In this document: positions 37,409 through 50,925 of the stretch, piece by piece
Layout of the letters: each line of letters starts with the position of its first letter
Position numbering within the stretch: position 1 is the first letter of the stretch
Assembly (NCBI GenBank): GCA_951406725.2
Contig: OX597839.1
Coordinates: 18,290,001 to 18,354,000 of the forward strand
Length of the DNA stretch: 64,000 nt
DNA from: Octopus vulgaris
Taxonomy: Eukaryota
Reading direction: 5' to 3'
Program-made: the position numbers and the translations under genes
The notes under the pieces: model-generated
Told to the model about the DNA's origin: nothing
The model's database searches: none
Seen by the model: only the letters and a program-made list of their open reading frames with translations

Positions 37409-38477
37409 ATAAATAGGCGTAGGAGTGGCATGTGTGGTAAGTAGCTTGCTTATGAACCACATGGTTCCGGGTTCAGTCCTACTATGTAGCACATTGGGCA
37501 AATGTCTTCTATAGCCTCAGGCCAACCAAAGCTTTGTGGATGTATTTGGTAGACGGAAACTGAAAGAAGCCCATCGTATGTATATATATATATATATATA
37601 TATGCGTGTGTGTGTGTGTGTGTGAGTGTTTATCCCCCAACATCGCTTGACAACCGATGCTGGTGTGTTTACGTTCCCGTAACTTAGCGGTTCGGCAAAA
37701 AGAGTCCGATATAATAAGTACTAGGCTTACAAAGAATAAGTCCTGGGGTCGATTTTCTCGACTAAAGGTGGTGCTCCAGCATGGCCACAGTCAAATGACT
37801 GAAACAAGTAAAACAGCTTTTATTTGTTTATTAGATTTGTTACATTTGTTTTGTCACGGTTTACCACCACCACCACCACCACCATAACAATCATCAGCAT
37901 CACCCCCACCTTCACTACCACCACTGCCACCTCCAACACCACCGTCAACTCAACTACGACCTCCTCTTCCTCCTCTATCACCACCACTACCACCACCATT
38001 ACTAACAGTTCCACCACCACTGCCATCGTCATGATAATCACTGTCGTCGTCACTGCCACCAACACCACCACCAGCAGCAGCAGCAGCAGCAGCTCTACAA
38101 GCTCCACCACCACCACCAACAACAACAACCACCACCACCATTGCCACTATTATTGTCTCTACCATTTACCTATTGCATGACGTAAGCAAAGTTCACTCCT
38201 TTTTTTCTTATTGTTATTACTGTGTTACCTTTTTTGTATGACTTAGTCAAGGAATGTGGGACTGTATACATTCAGGAGGAAGCGAGGTAGAATGTCTTCA
38301 AACTGGTTTGAATACTTTTGACACAGATGCAAGCATGGCTGTGTGGTAAGGAGCGTGCTCAGTGACCCAGCAACAAAATTTGCTAAGGAGGTGCAAACCC
38401 AGGTCCTAATTTTTTAATGAAAAATGTGGATTTTTCCAATGTTAACATTAAAAAAAATGCAGGTATAATAATAATTA

Positions 38478-38887
38478 GGATTTTTTCGGTTTGAACGGCA
38501 GTTTTTTCAAGCGGTGTCATATGAAATTGTCACCCATAATTATGACCCTAGTATCAATCTATTGCATTTCAATCTGTTTTAGGGTTAGGGGTGGGGGAAG
38601 GGTATCTTTTTTTCTTCACAAATGTAAATAAACCCAATCTGTTTCTTAAACGAGGGACATATTCATACGGCACAGAATGTTTTTTACCTCAATAGACGTC
38701 AGTGATTGGTTGAAATTGCAGAAATTGAAGAAAAACAACAACAAATATCTTACAAATTATAGAATTTTCTCAATAAAGCCAAGAGAAAAAGATGTTTTAT
38801 AAACACATTCTACCAGTATACGAAGTTTAAAATTTTTTAGTTACCTAGAAATTATGTTAGAAACTGCCGTTCAAACCGAAATGATCC
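38478..38887 (+). mobile_element. Merlin-like MITE copy
   Basis: TIRs; TSD aataatta/aataattt. Confidence 0.85.
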
Positions 38888-38909
38888 AATAATTTTTATT
38901 ATTATGAGA

Positions 38910-39275
38910 GTCGGCTGAAATGTTCATAATCTGAGCAAGACACTCTCAATGGAATGTGACCAAATGAAGTTCATTTTCTAACATAGTTTCTCTTACTGTC
39001 CACACACTTCCATAAGTAGTTGCAGTGCTGGGATCGCACTGGTGAAGAAGCTTTTCTGTTTATCAAAATGGTCATCAACAACAGATAAGATGTTCTCATC
39101 ATAGTGATACTGGTGCTCAGCTAGGTGTTTTTCTATGTTGGGAAACAGATGATAACCAGAAGGAACTAAATTACTAACATAGGGAGGATGATCAACCAGT
39201 TCAAAGCCAGTCACACTCGGCAGCCATTGAAACCAAGGACTTGTGTGCTGAAGCATTGTCCGAATGAAACAAATG
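38910..39275 (-). pseudogene. Mariner transposase C-terminal remnant
   Basis: GFELVDHPPYVSNLVPSGYHLFPNIEKHL, a degenerate HPPYSPDLAPSDYHLF motif. Confidence 0.7.
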
Positions 39276-39559
39276 ACTGTGTGTGTGTGTGTGTGTGTGT
39301 TGAGAAAAAAGTCGTCAGAATTTTGGAAAAAATCTTTTTATTTCTTCATTATTATTAGCGCCTTCGTTCCTCTCTAGAACTTGTCAAATACAAAAATTGT
39401 ATTTGACAAGTTCTAGAGAGGAATGAAAGAGCTAATAATAATGAAGAAAAGGATTTTTTCCAAAATTCTGACGACTTTTTTTCTCAATATTCAATTTTGT
39501 ACATCACACCTAACATTCTATACACACACACATACATAATCCGAAATGTATAGTATATT

Positions 39560-40136
39560 TTCTACTCGAGGCACAAGGCCCGAAATGTTGGGGGAGGGGG
39601 CCAGTCGATTAAATCGACCTCAGTACGCAACTGGTACTTAATTTATCAACCACGAATGGATGAAAGGCAGCGTCGACCTCGGCAGAATTTGAACTCAGAA
39701 CGTAAGGTCAGACGAAATACCTATTTCTTTACTACACACAAGGGGCTAGACACAGAGAGGACAAACAAGGACAGATAAACGGATTAAGTCAATTACATCG
39801 ACCCCAGTGCGTAACTGATAATTAATTTATCGACCCTGAAAGGATGAAAGGCAAAGTCCACCTTGGCGGAATTTGAACTCAGAACGTGACGGCAGACGAA
39901 ATACCTATTTCTTTACTACCCACAAGGGGCTAAACACAGAGGGGACAAACAAGGACAGACAAACGGATTAAGTCGATTACATCGACCCCAGTGCGTAATT
40001 GGTACTTATTTAATCGACCCCGAAAGGATGAAAGGCAAAGTCAACCTCGGCGGAATTTGAACTCAGAACGTAGCGGCAGACGAAATACCGCGAAGCATTT
40101 CGCCCGACGTGCTAACGATTCTGCCAGCTCGCCGCT
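39560..40136 (-). mobile_element. SINE family B, head followed by 184-nt tandem units
   Basis: Head GGCGAGCTGGCAGAATCGTTAGCACG...GAGTTCAAATTCC. Unit boundaries at 39721, 39905 and 40089. Similar arrays at about 34365-35136, 42279-42689 and 48975-49309. Confidence 0.85.
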
Positions 40137-43100
40137 TTATGAAATATTAATATCAATTTCAAATTTTGGCTCAAGACCAGCAATTTCAGATGAGTAATTC
40201 GATTATATTGACCCCAGGGCTCAAATGGTATTTATTTTAACAACCCCGAACGTATGAACGACAAAGTCGACCTCGGTGGAATTTGAACTCAGAATGTAAA
40301 GTCGGCCGCCGAAATACCAGCTCACCGTTTTAGTAAATCTTAACATTGATTTTGAACATTAATCACCTTCACCTTAAAACATCAGAAGACAAAACAAAGC
40401 AAGAAAGCTCTGTTCGGTCGTTTTCTTTCGAGAAAGTAAGATGGAAAACTGGATCATTGGCAACAGCAGAATTTTATTTCATCATCTGATCTATTTTAAG
40501 CTGGTTTTGTTTTCCCACTGACATTTCAATTCTAATAATAACAGCGAACGATTACGAAGTTGTCGACGAAGTCGTACTCTAACTGGTTGCTCGATTTGCT
40601 AGAAATAGCAGCCCACAAATCATATATCATTATCTTAACCCTTTGCCTTCCGAAAGGCAAATCAGAAAAATGGATATTTTTTGAATGAAATTTTCTACAT
40701 AGGCGCAGGAGTGGCTGTGTGGTAAGTAGCTTGCTTACCAACCACATGGTGCCGGGTTCAGTTCCGTTGCGTGGCACCTTGGGTAAGTGCCTTCTACTAT
40801 ATCCTTGGCTCGACCAAAGCCTTGTGGGTGGATTTGGTAAACGGAAACTGATGATGACAGTGGCCACATCTGGAGTGTCTTTGACCATCGACCTGTTGAA
40901 ATAGGACTGTCTTCAACATTTGCCTGTCTTAATCATTTTCATAAACTTATCTTAAACGTCCATCCTTGTTTTTCAGGCTTTTAGTTAACCCTTGTTTCAT
41001 ACATTCTAAGTAACATAAAGCTTTCCTTCCATAAGTCCCAAGTTACTTTGGTGGTTGGAAAAAAATTGAGAATCTCTATCATATAGAGAAGCATGGACTC
41101 CAGGGAAACATGTCCTGTGTATTATATGCGATACACAGAACAGGCAAAAAGGCGTGGGAGTGGCTGTGTGGTTGAGAAGATGGAAGCCTGTGGCGAGGAA
41201 GCTGGGAGTGTTTGGCACCAGGTAAATGGAAGCCAAAAACAGGAAAGAAAAAGCAAGGGGTCTACCCTGGTTGTCGGATGCCTATCCTTCAGAGAAGCCA
41301 TTTCAAATACATTTGTAATGAGCAACGCTTAAGTCAAAAGCTATAAACATATTTATTAAATTATTGTAAATTTTAAATTGTAAATATTTAATCGCTACAG
41401 CTAATTCACCCTTTTATGTTTGTCTGTTCTTGTTCGTCCCCTCTTTGTAATGCCTTCATGGCAAATATTTATGAAATAAAGTAGCTTGCTTACCAACCAC
41501 ATGGTTCCGGGTTCAGTCCCACTGCGTGGCACCTTGGGCAAGTGTCTTCTACTATAGCCCCGGGCCAACCAATGCCTTGTGAGTGGATTTGGTAGACAGA
41601 AGCTGAAAGAAGCCTGTTGTATATATGTATGTATGTGTGTGTGTGTGTATGTTTGTGTGTCTGTGTTTGCCCCCCCCCCCCAAACATTGCTTGACAACCG
41701 ATGTTGGTGTGTTTACGTCCCTGTAACTTAGCGGTTCGGCAAAGGAGACCGATAGAATAAGTACTAGGCTTACAAAGAATAAGTCCTGGGGTCGATTTGC
41801 TTGATCGACTAAAGGCGGTGCTCCAGCATGGCCACAGTCAAATGACTGAAACGAGTAAAGGAGAGTAAAATAGAGATATGACTATATTCCTGTCACATAG
41901 ATGCTCTAAATTAGTATAGGAGGTGGTGGGGCACAATGAGGAGTTATTAGTGTAAAGGGTGGCGGGGCACAACGAGGAATCATTACTGTAATTTTTGGCT
42001 TTGTGACAAAATATATTTTTTACAAATGTTCAAACTCAAGCAAATGATCTCTGAATGCATTAAAACCATTTTAACATAATCTGAACTCTATTTCAGAAAA
42101 TTATCACTGTTCTCTTTGAGCATATTGAAGACATTTTTAGCTGGGGCAAAAGCAATCAGCTAAGGACAAGGTAAATTTGCCTCTTCATTTCTCTAGAGTT
42201 AAATTTATAAAAAGACTTATACACATCAGTATCCATCGTTACGTATCAGAAAGATAACAAATGCAACAAAAATTTTAAATACCTATTTGTTTACTACCCA
42301 CAAGGGGCTAAACACAGAGTGGACAAACAAATGGATTAAGTCGATTAGATCGACCCCAGTGCGTAACTGGTACTTAATTTATCGATCCCGAAAGGATGAA
42401 AGGCAAAGTCGACCTCGGCAGAATTTGAACTCAGAACACAGCGGCAGATGAAATACCTATTTCTTTACTACCCACAAGGGGCTAAACACAGAGGGGACAA
42501 ACAAGAACAGACAAATGGATTAAGTCAATTACATCGACCCCAGTGCGTAACTGGTACTTAATTTATCGACCCCGAAAGGATGAAAGGCAAAGTCGACCTT
42601 GGTGGAATTTGAACTCAGAACACAGTGGCAGACGAAATACCGCAAAGTATTTCGCTCGGCGTGCTAATGTTTCTGCCAGCTCGCCACCTTATAAAAATTT
42701 TAAATATCTTGGTCAAATGAAAGAGAGTCGGGGGAAAATGGCACATGAAATGAAATTAATGGAACTCAACAAAATAAAAAAAAAAAATCAACATAAAATA
42801 TTCTCTATAGTAAAGTCAGCTTTTTCAGGATCTGCTCGAGTGGATCCCTTCCCAATATATTTACACATCTCGCAGTTAAAGAGATAACGTTTTGAAATTA
42901 GTTCTCATTCTATCCCTGCCCCCCACCCCACTCTCATCTGGTTACTCATTTTGCCACCTCCATACAGGCTGAAACTAAACAGGAAATTTAAAATAAACTA
43001 TTTTGCTATCTCCTTCCTAATAATCCTATCTGTCTATTTGTAGTAGCTTTAATAAATTCTGGACTCCATTAAAATATCATACATTATGCATTAACGCCAG

Positions 43101-43348
43101 TGAAATATGTCCTGCGTGTCATATATAATGTATGACACCAGGGAAATATGTTGTGTGTTATCACATGATATACAGGACAGGAAAACAGTTAAAAAAAGAG
43201 AGAATGACAAATTAGATAATGTAGTTTTAGCTACAAACTATCTCTGAGAAAAAAAATGGGAAAAAAGATGAGATGATCACAGATGGAACACTTAATCATG
43301 TTTTATCCTATCAAAGCTTACATATTTTATTAAAATACTAGCAGTATA

Positions 43349-43513
43349 GGCGCAGGAGTGGCAGTGTGGTAAGTAGCTTGCTTACCAACCACATGGTTCC
43401 GGGTTCAGTTCCACTGCGTGGCACCTTGGGTAAGTGTCTTCTACTATAGCCTCGGGCCGACCAAAGCCTTGTGAGTGGATTTGGTAGATGGAAACTGAAA
43501 GAAGCCTGTCGTA

Positions 43514-43552
<39 letters not shown>

Positions 43553-43752
43553 GCGTGTTTGTGTGTCTGTTTGTCCCCTCAACATCGCTTGACAACCGAT
43601 GCTGGTGTGTTTACGTCTCCGTAACTTGGTGGTTCGGCAAAAAGCGACCGAAAAAATAAGGCTTACAAAGAATAAGACTTCGGGTCGATTTGATCGACTA
43701 AAGGCGGTGCTCCAGCATGGCCACAGTCACATGACTGAAACAAGTAAAAGAG
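43349..43752 (+). mobile_element. tRNA-derived SINE family A (full-length representative)
   Basis: A-box-like TGGC(A/T)GTGTGG, B-box-like GGTTCAGT(T/C)CC, internal (TA)n/(TG)n, tail ...GACTGAAACAAGTAAAAGAG. Other copies at about 1621-1990, 3409-3783, 37416-37813, 41478-41870, 45050-45510(-), 47551-47953(-), 48160-48562(-), 61747-61982, plus many fragments. Confidence 0.85.
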
Positions 43753-43757
43753 TATAG

Positions 43758-44136
43758 CCTAGCGTTGCTCAAGCTTGTTTTCTTTAGAATTGGAATTTTT
43801 GAAAAGTAAAAATTTTGCATTATGTAGCTTGTTATTCTCTTTAAGTGAACATTTTTCTGGTTGAAATACACCGAAAAATGGCGACACAGCAGTAAAAAAA
43901 TCGTAAAAAATAGGGATTTTCATAGAAAAAAAAAGCACTTTTTTTATGTAAATAATTTTTGGTGTTAACATGGTCCAATTTGAATTTTTTCTTCTACGGA
44001 AGGAAGAGCAAGCCTTCTTCTATCATACTCTCAATTTTGGTCAACTTGTGCAGCAGGGTCTCGGAGGAGATAGTGTTAGTTGAAGGCTACCAAGCCTGCC
44101 ATACACAGACAACTTCAGCTTTATATGTATAGAGAT
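43758..44136 (-). mobile_element. Helitron-like non-autonomous element
   Basis: Minus strand starts TCTCTATACATATAAAGCTGAAGTTGTCTGTGT, resembling the Helitron-like 5' end near 55189. Confidence 0.5.
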
Positions 44137-44234
44137 TTAAAGGCACAAGCGTAGCTGTTTTATAAGAAGTTTGTTTCCCAATTACATGGTTCTGGTTTCA
44201 GTCCCACTGTGTGACACTGAGAACAAGTGTCTTC

Positions 44235-44631
44235 GGATCTTTTCGGTTTGAACTTGAAATTGTCACCCGTAATTATGACCCTAGTATCGATCTATTGCAT
44301 TTCAAACTGTTTTAGGGTTAGGGTTAGTTAGGGGTGGGGGAAAGGGTACCTTTTTTTCTTCACAAATGTAAATAAACCCAATCTGTTTCTTAAACGAGGG
44401 ACATATTCATACGGCACAGAATGTTTTTTACGTCAATGGACGTCATTGATTGGTTGAAATTGCAGAAATTGAAGAAAAAAAACAACAAATATCTTACAAA
44501 TTATAGAATTTCCTCAATAAAGCCAAGAGAAAAAGATGTTTTATAAACACATTCTACCAGTATATGAAGTTTAAAATTTTTTAATTACCTAGAAATTATG
44601 TTAAAAACTGCCGTTCAAACCAAAAGGATCT
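44235..44631 (+). mobile_element. Merlin-like MITE nested in a tRNA-derived SINE
   Basis: TSD GTGTCTTC duplicates a SINE motif (aagtgtcttc|cactata). Confidence 0.85.
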
Positions 44632-45248
44632 GTGTCTTCCACTATAATCTCGGGTAGACCAAACCCTTATGAGTGGATGGTTATAGTCTAATGACTAAAA
44701 ACTAGGAATAGAGAAGAGATAAAAAGGTGTATGTGTGTGTGTGTGTGTATTGCTACTATGGTATCTAAAAATAGACCAGGTAGATGATGAAATAAAATGT
44801 CTCCATGACAAAAACCTTGGCACTGTTTTCTATTTATTTCCTTGAATGATTCAGTTCACCAAATCTGTTTATAAACATTACAAGTGCTCTATGAAGGAAG
44901 TGACACGTGTAATAGAAAACAAAGCTAGTGGAGGTGGGTGGGCATATATGTGTAGATATGTCATGTGCAGTGGTAGCTCATGTATAGGTACTGCAGAATT
45001 GCAACAACCCCTATTCCCACTTGATAATATTGATAACATTCAATATAATACTCTTTTACTTGTTTCAGTCATTTGACTGCAGCCATGCTGGAGCACCGCC
45101 TTTAGTCGAGGAAATCGCCCCCCCCCCCCCCACAGGACTTATTCTTTGTAAGCCTAGTACTTATTCTATCGGTCTCTTTTGCCGAACTGCTAAGTTACGG
45201 CGACGTAAACACACCAGCATCGGTTGTCAAGCAATGCTAGGGAGACAA

Positions 45249-45297
<49 letters not shown>

Positions 45298-45305
45298 CAT
45301 ATATA

Positions 45306-45344
<39 letters not shown>

Positions 45345-46351
45345 TACGACGAGCTTCTTTCAGTTTCCGTCTACCAAATCCACTCACAAGGCTTTGGTCG
45401 GCCCGAGGCTATAGTAGAAGACACTTGCCCAAGGTGCCACGCAGTGGGACTGAACCCGGAACCATGTGGTTGGTAAGCAAGCTACTTACCACACAACCAC
45501 TCCTGCACCTATGAGTCCTTTTTTCTTTAAACTTGTAGATTATATAATCCTTAAGTAGCCATTCCCTAGTTAATGAAAAAAATTTTTAAATCATTTTATA
45601 GAACTGTACTCTTCACAGTTCCAGCGACACGGTGTTTGGCTGTTGTGTGCATGCTTACATATCCAAGATAGGAATCTGCACACTAGGGAGAGAGAGCACT
45701 GAGGTTCACAGTGCCGACCCTAGTGTGCTGGTGAAAGTTTGTGTTTATTTTTGACTCTGCTTAAAAACATGTTTGTATTCTTGAATGTGATAAAGTCTAG
45801 AATTAGATTGTTATCCTGCTTCCAGCTACAGTGTTGCTGCCAGGATCTGAAAAATAAGGCAGATCTTCCTCCTTATTTTGAGATTTAGGGGGGGATTTTT
45901 GAAAAACAATTCTTAAAAAGTGAATTGCGGGATCGATTCCTTCGACTAAACCATTCAAGGCGATGCCCCAGCATGGCCACAGTCTAATGACTGAAACAAG
46001 TAAAGTATAAAATATATGTATATGTTTTTACGTATTGAGTTCTTTCTTCCGTTAGTGAAACTATAAATGGTTTCAAATTTTAGCCCAAGACCAGCAGTTT
46101 TAGTGAAAATGGGGTTAAGATGATTACACTGACCCCGTTACCTATTTTAACTATACCGAAAGAATGAAAGGCTAAATCGAGCTCGGCGGAATTCGAGCTC
46201 GGAGCACACACATATATACACACATTTATAAATAGATTTGTAATGTGTGTGTATGGGAGAGACAACAATGTCGAGGTGTCTTCGTGCGTAAAAAGATTAT
46301 CACAATAGTGAACATCAATTCAACCTTTGCGCAATCAGATTTTAAACAAAC

Positions 46352-46416
<65 letters not shown>

Positions 46417-46876
46417 GCAAGCCCGCAGAATGTCTTTCTCACGCACACACACACACACAGTCACGAGCAACAGCACACACACACACAACCCACTTGTTAA
46501 ACTAACAAAAGCCGTCTGATGAAATCATGCTATTCGCTCACGTCATTTTTCTATGGAAGCTCGACGGTATCGTAATTAAAACAACTACTTTTTTTTTTAC
46601 CTTTCTCGTGTCAATGAGATAAGTGGCGAACCTAACCTTTTCAGTTAGTACCAGGAACAAATTTGCATATGTGCATATGCATAAAGAGCCTACAGGAGTG
46701 GGGAAGATATGTGCTAAGAAAAACAAAACAAAACAAAACAAACAAATAAATCTTTAATATTTACAAATTCATAACTGTACGGGCGTTCAAACTAACGTAA
46801 ATTGAAATGCTATGATATAAATAACCAGGTAGTTAGGTTTTAAATATCGCTAAGGAGTGTTGTTGAAGCAACTTTA

Positions 46877-47289
46877 GGATCTTTTCGGTTTGAAAGGCAG
46901 TTTTTAAAAATAATTTCTACGTAACTAAACACTTTTAAACTTCATATACTGGTAGAATGTGTTTATAAAACATCTTTTTCTCTTGGCTTTATTGAGAAAA
47001 TTCTATAGTTTGTAAGATATTTGTTGTTGTTTTTTCTTCAATTTCTGCAATTTCAACCAATCACTGACGTCTATTGAGTTAAAAAACATTCTGTGCCGTA
47101 TGAATATGTCCCTCGTTTAAGAAACAGATTGGGTTTATTTACATTTGTGAAGAAAAAAAGATACCCTTCCCCCCATCTCTAACCCTAAAACAGATTGAAA
47201 TGCAATAGATCGATACTAGGGTCATAATTATGGGTGACAATTTCATATGACATCGCTAGAAAAAACTGCTGTTCAAACTGAAAAGATCC
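46877..47289 (-). mobile_element. Merlin-like MITE copy
   Basis: TIRs and TSD CAACTTTA. Confidence 0.9.
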
Positions 47290-50067
47290 CAACTTTATGT
47301 TAAAATACTACTCTGCAACCATGTGGTTTCGGTTTTAGTTCCATTGCATGGCACCTTGGGATAAGTGTTTTTTACTATAAGCACTAGGCCAACCAAAGCA
47401 TATCAGTGGATCTGGCCGACAAAAATTGTGTTGAAGACCAGTGTATATAAATGTGTGTGTGTTTAGTGTTGCCAACATAAAAAATAACAGTTTTATGTTA
47501 AATTTCGGCTTTATACGAAACCAAAATGTTGAAGTCCAATTATGTTATTCTCTCTCTTTTTACTCTTTTACTTGTTTCAATCATTTGACTGCGGCCATGC
47601 TGGAGCACCGCCTTTAGTCGAGTAAATCGACCCCGGGACTTATTCTTTGTAAGCCCAGTACTTATTCTATCGGTCTCTTTTGCCGAACTGCTAAGTGACG
47701 GGGACGTAAACACACCAGCATCGGTTGTCAAGCAATGCTAGGGGGACAAACACAGACACAAACACATATATATATATATATATATATATATGACAGGCTT
47801 CTTTCAGTTTCCGTCTACCAAATCCACTCACAAGGCATTGGTCGGCCCGGGGCTATAGCAGAAGACACTTGCCCAAGATGCCACGCAGTGGGACTGAACC
47901 TGGAAGAATGTGGTTGGTTAGCAAGCTACTTACCACACAGCCACTCCTGCGCCTATTTAAATAATTTATTTTTAATTACATTTCTTAATTATATTCAGCT
48001 TTGAGAAATAACTTTCTTCAATTTCACTGATTTGTTCACTTTTAGCTACAGTTTCTGGAACTTGACTGTTGTATGCATGCATGCAACATCTCAATCTTGT
48101 TAAATAAAGGTTTTGGAATGTCAAAGTGTTGGCAGCTTTTGCCATTTCTCGCTCTCTTTCTCTTTTCTCTTTTACTTGTTTCAGTCATTTGACTGCGACC
48201 ATGCTGGAGCACCGCCTTTAATCGAGCAACTCGACCCCGGGACTTATTCTTTGTAAGCCCAGTACTTATTCTATCGGTCTCTTTTTTGCCGAACCGCTAA
48301 GTGACGGGGACGTAAACACACCAGCATCGGTTGTCAAGCGATGCTAGGGGGACAAACACAGACACACAAACACACACATATATATATATACATATATACG
48401 ACAGGCTTCTTTCAGTTTCCGTCTACCAAATCCACTCACAAGGCATTGGTCGGCCCGGGGCTATAGCAGAAGACACTTGCCCAAGATGCCACACAGTGGG
48501 ACTGAACCCGGAACCATGTGGTTGGTTAGCAAGCTACTTACCACACAGCCACTCCTGCGCCTATGGCTAGGCTGTATTTTACAGAAAGTATCAGTCCAAG
48601 CATATGAAGCCGCATTTTCTTTATCAGTTTTGATTTGATCCCACTCCTACAGCTGAACAACTGTTCAACTTTAGAATTTGAGTTTGGCAATATATGGAAC
48701 CAATATATGAAGAACACAAGGCAGTGAGCTGGCAGAAATGTTAGCACACCAGGTGAAATGCTTAGCAGTATTTCATATGTTTTTAGGTTCTGAGTTCAAA
48801 TTCCACCGAGGTTGACTTTGTCTTTCATCGTTTTGGGGTTGATCTAATTGGCTGGCCCCCACCCCAAAAATTTTGGGCCTTGTGCCTAGAGTAGAAAAGA
48901 ATATTTATAGGTTAATGGTAAATTTTTGCAAATTCTTTAAAAGCATTTCTTCCAGTGGCATCTTTATAATCCAAACCCCACTATGTAACTGGTACTTAAT
49001 TTATTAACCCTGAAAGGATGAAAGGCAAAGTCGACCTTGGCAGAATTTGAACCCAGAACGTAAAGACATGAAATACCTATTTCTTTACTGCCCACAAGGA
49101 GCTAAACACAGAGAGGACAAACAAGGACAGACAAACGGATTAAGTCGATTATATTGACCCCTGTGCATAACTGGTACTTATTTAATCAACCCCGAAAGGA
49201 TGAAAGGCAAAGTTGACCTCGGCAGAATTTGAACTCAGAACGTAGCGGCAGACGAAATACGGCAACGCATTTCGCCCGGCGTGCTAACGTTTCTGCCAGC
49301 TCGCCGCCTTATTAAAGAAAACAAAAGAAAATTTTAAATGCTATATTGGCAACATTATGTATGTTCATGTCAGCCCCTCCCACCCATTTGATAACTGGTG
49401 TTGATTTGTTTGCGTCCTTGTGACTTAGTAGTTCACCAAACGTCACTAAAGTACAAAACTTAAAAAAGACCCATAAGTAATGGGGTCGATTTGTCTGACT
49501 TATAAGCCTTCTAGGTGATGGTCCCAGCAGGGCTGCTGTCCAACGACTGAAGCAAGTGAAAGATAGAAAATAAAAAAAACCAACGATTACTGATGGATTA
49601 GTAATTAATACTGAAATGGATCAATATCACGAACAGCAGTGAACCTGATAGAACTTGTTCTGCTTGTTGTTGTTGTTGTTTTGTTTATTTCATCCTCCAT
49701 ATGTCATAGGTACAGTGAGAAATTCAATTAACAGTTATTGGAATTCAATAAAATGATCCACTGAAATTGCTAACATAGAAGTGAGATAGCCTGGACATGT
49801 CTATCAATTAATTGATCACTTTCATTTAAAAACTTTTGTCGACATCATCACCACCACCATCATCATCATCATTTAATATCAACTTTCCATGCTGTCATGG
49901 GTTAGGGATTCTCAACCATTTTATATGTATATACCCATTTCTTTACAACCCACAAGGGGCTAAACACAGAGGGGACAAACAAGGACAGACAAATGAATTA
50001 AGTCAATTACATCGACCCCAGTGCGTAACTGGTACTTAATTTATCGACCCCGAAAGGATGAAAAATT

Positions 50068-50103
50068 TTATATATATATATACCCACACACACACATACA
50101 TAC

Positions 50104-50135
<32 letters not shown>

Positions 50136-50354
50136 GTGTATATATATATATATATATGTATGTGTATATATATATATATATGTATGTGTATATATATATA
50201 TATATGTATGTGTATATATATATATATATGTGTGTATATATATATGTATGTATATAAATATATATATATATATATATGTGTGTGTATATATATATATATG
50301 TATGTATATATATATATATATGTATATATGTGTGTGTATATATATATATGTATG

Positions 50355-50389
<35 letters not shown>

Positions 50390-50407
50390 GTATACATATA
50401 TATGTAT

Positions 50408-50455
<48 letters not shown>

Positions 50456-50516
50456 GTATATATATATATGTATATATATATATGTATACATATATATGTA
50501 TACATATATATATATA
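50068..50516. repeat. (TA)n/(TATG)n compound microsatellite
   Basis: Direct reading. Confidence 0.95.
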
Positions 50517-50562
50517 AGAGTGTGTTGTAGTTCGCTGTATATAAGAGTGTATTGTTTGTAAA

Positions 50563-50854
50563 ATGTAATGTGTCTGGAATGGTATATCAATACAGAGTGG
50601 ACTATAATAACTGTTATAAATAATTCGATTATTCCTAGTCTAATATAATATTTCAGAATATAAAAATTCCTTCTTCAGATAGGATGTAATGGAGTCATTG
50701 TTATAGTTGATTTTCTGACTCCATTACTTCCTAGTAATATCTGAAGAAGGAATTTTTATATTCCAGAATATCATATTAGACGATGAATAATTAAATTATT
50801 TATAAGTTATTATAGCCAACCCTGCATTGTTGTGCCATTCCAGACACGTTACAT
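50563..50854. repeat. Inverted repeat (~135-nt arms) with a decayed hammerhead-like core in each arm
   Basis: atgtaatgtgtctggaatgg...ggagtca pairs with tgactcc...ccattccagacacgttacat. Cores CTGAAGA-A-GGAAT-ttttat-ATTC(C/T) at 50741 (+) and 50678 (-). Confidence 0.7.
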
Positions 50855-50880
50855 ATATATATGTATGTATGTATGTATGC

Positions 50881-50925
<45 letters not shown>

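Noticed and set aside
39721-39904. 184-nt SINE unit as a hammerhead retrozyme monomer
   Set aside because: I could not build a CUGANGA or GUGANCA core with flanking stems on either strand.
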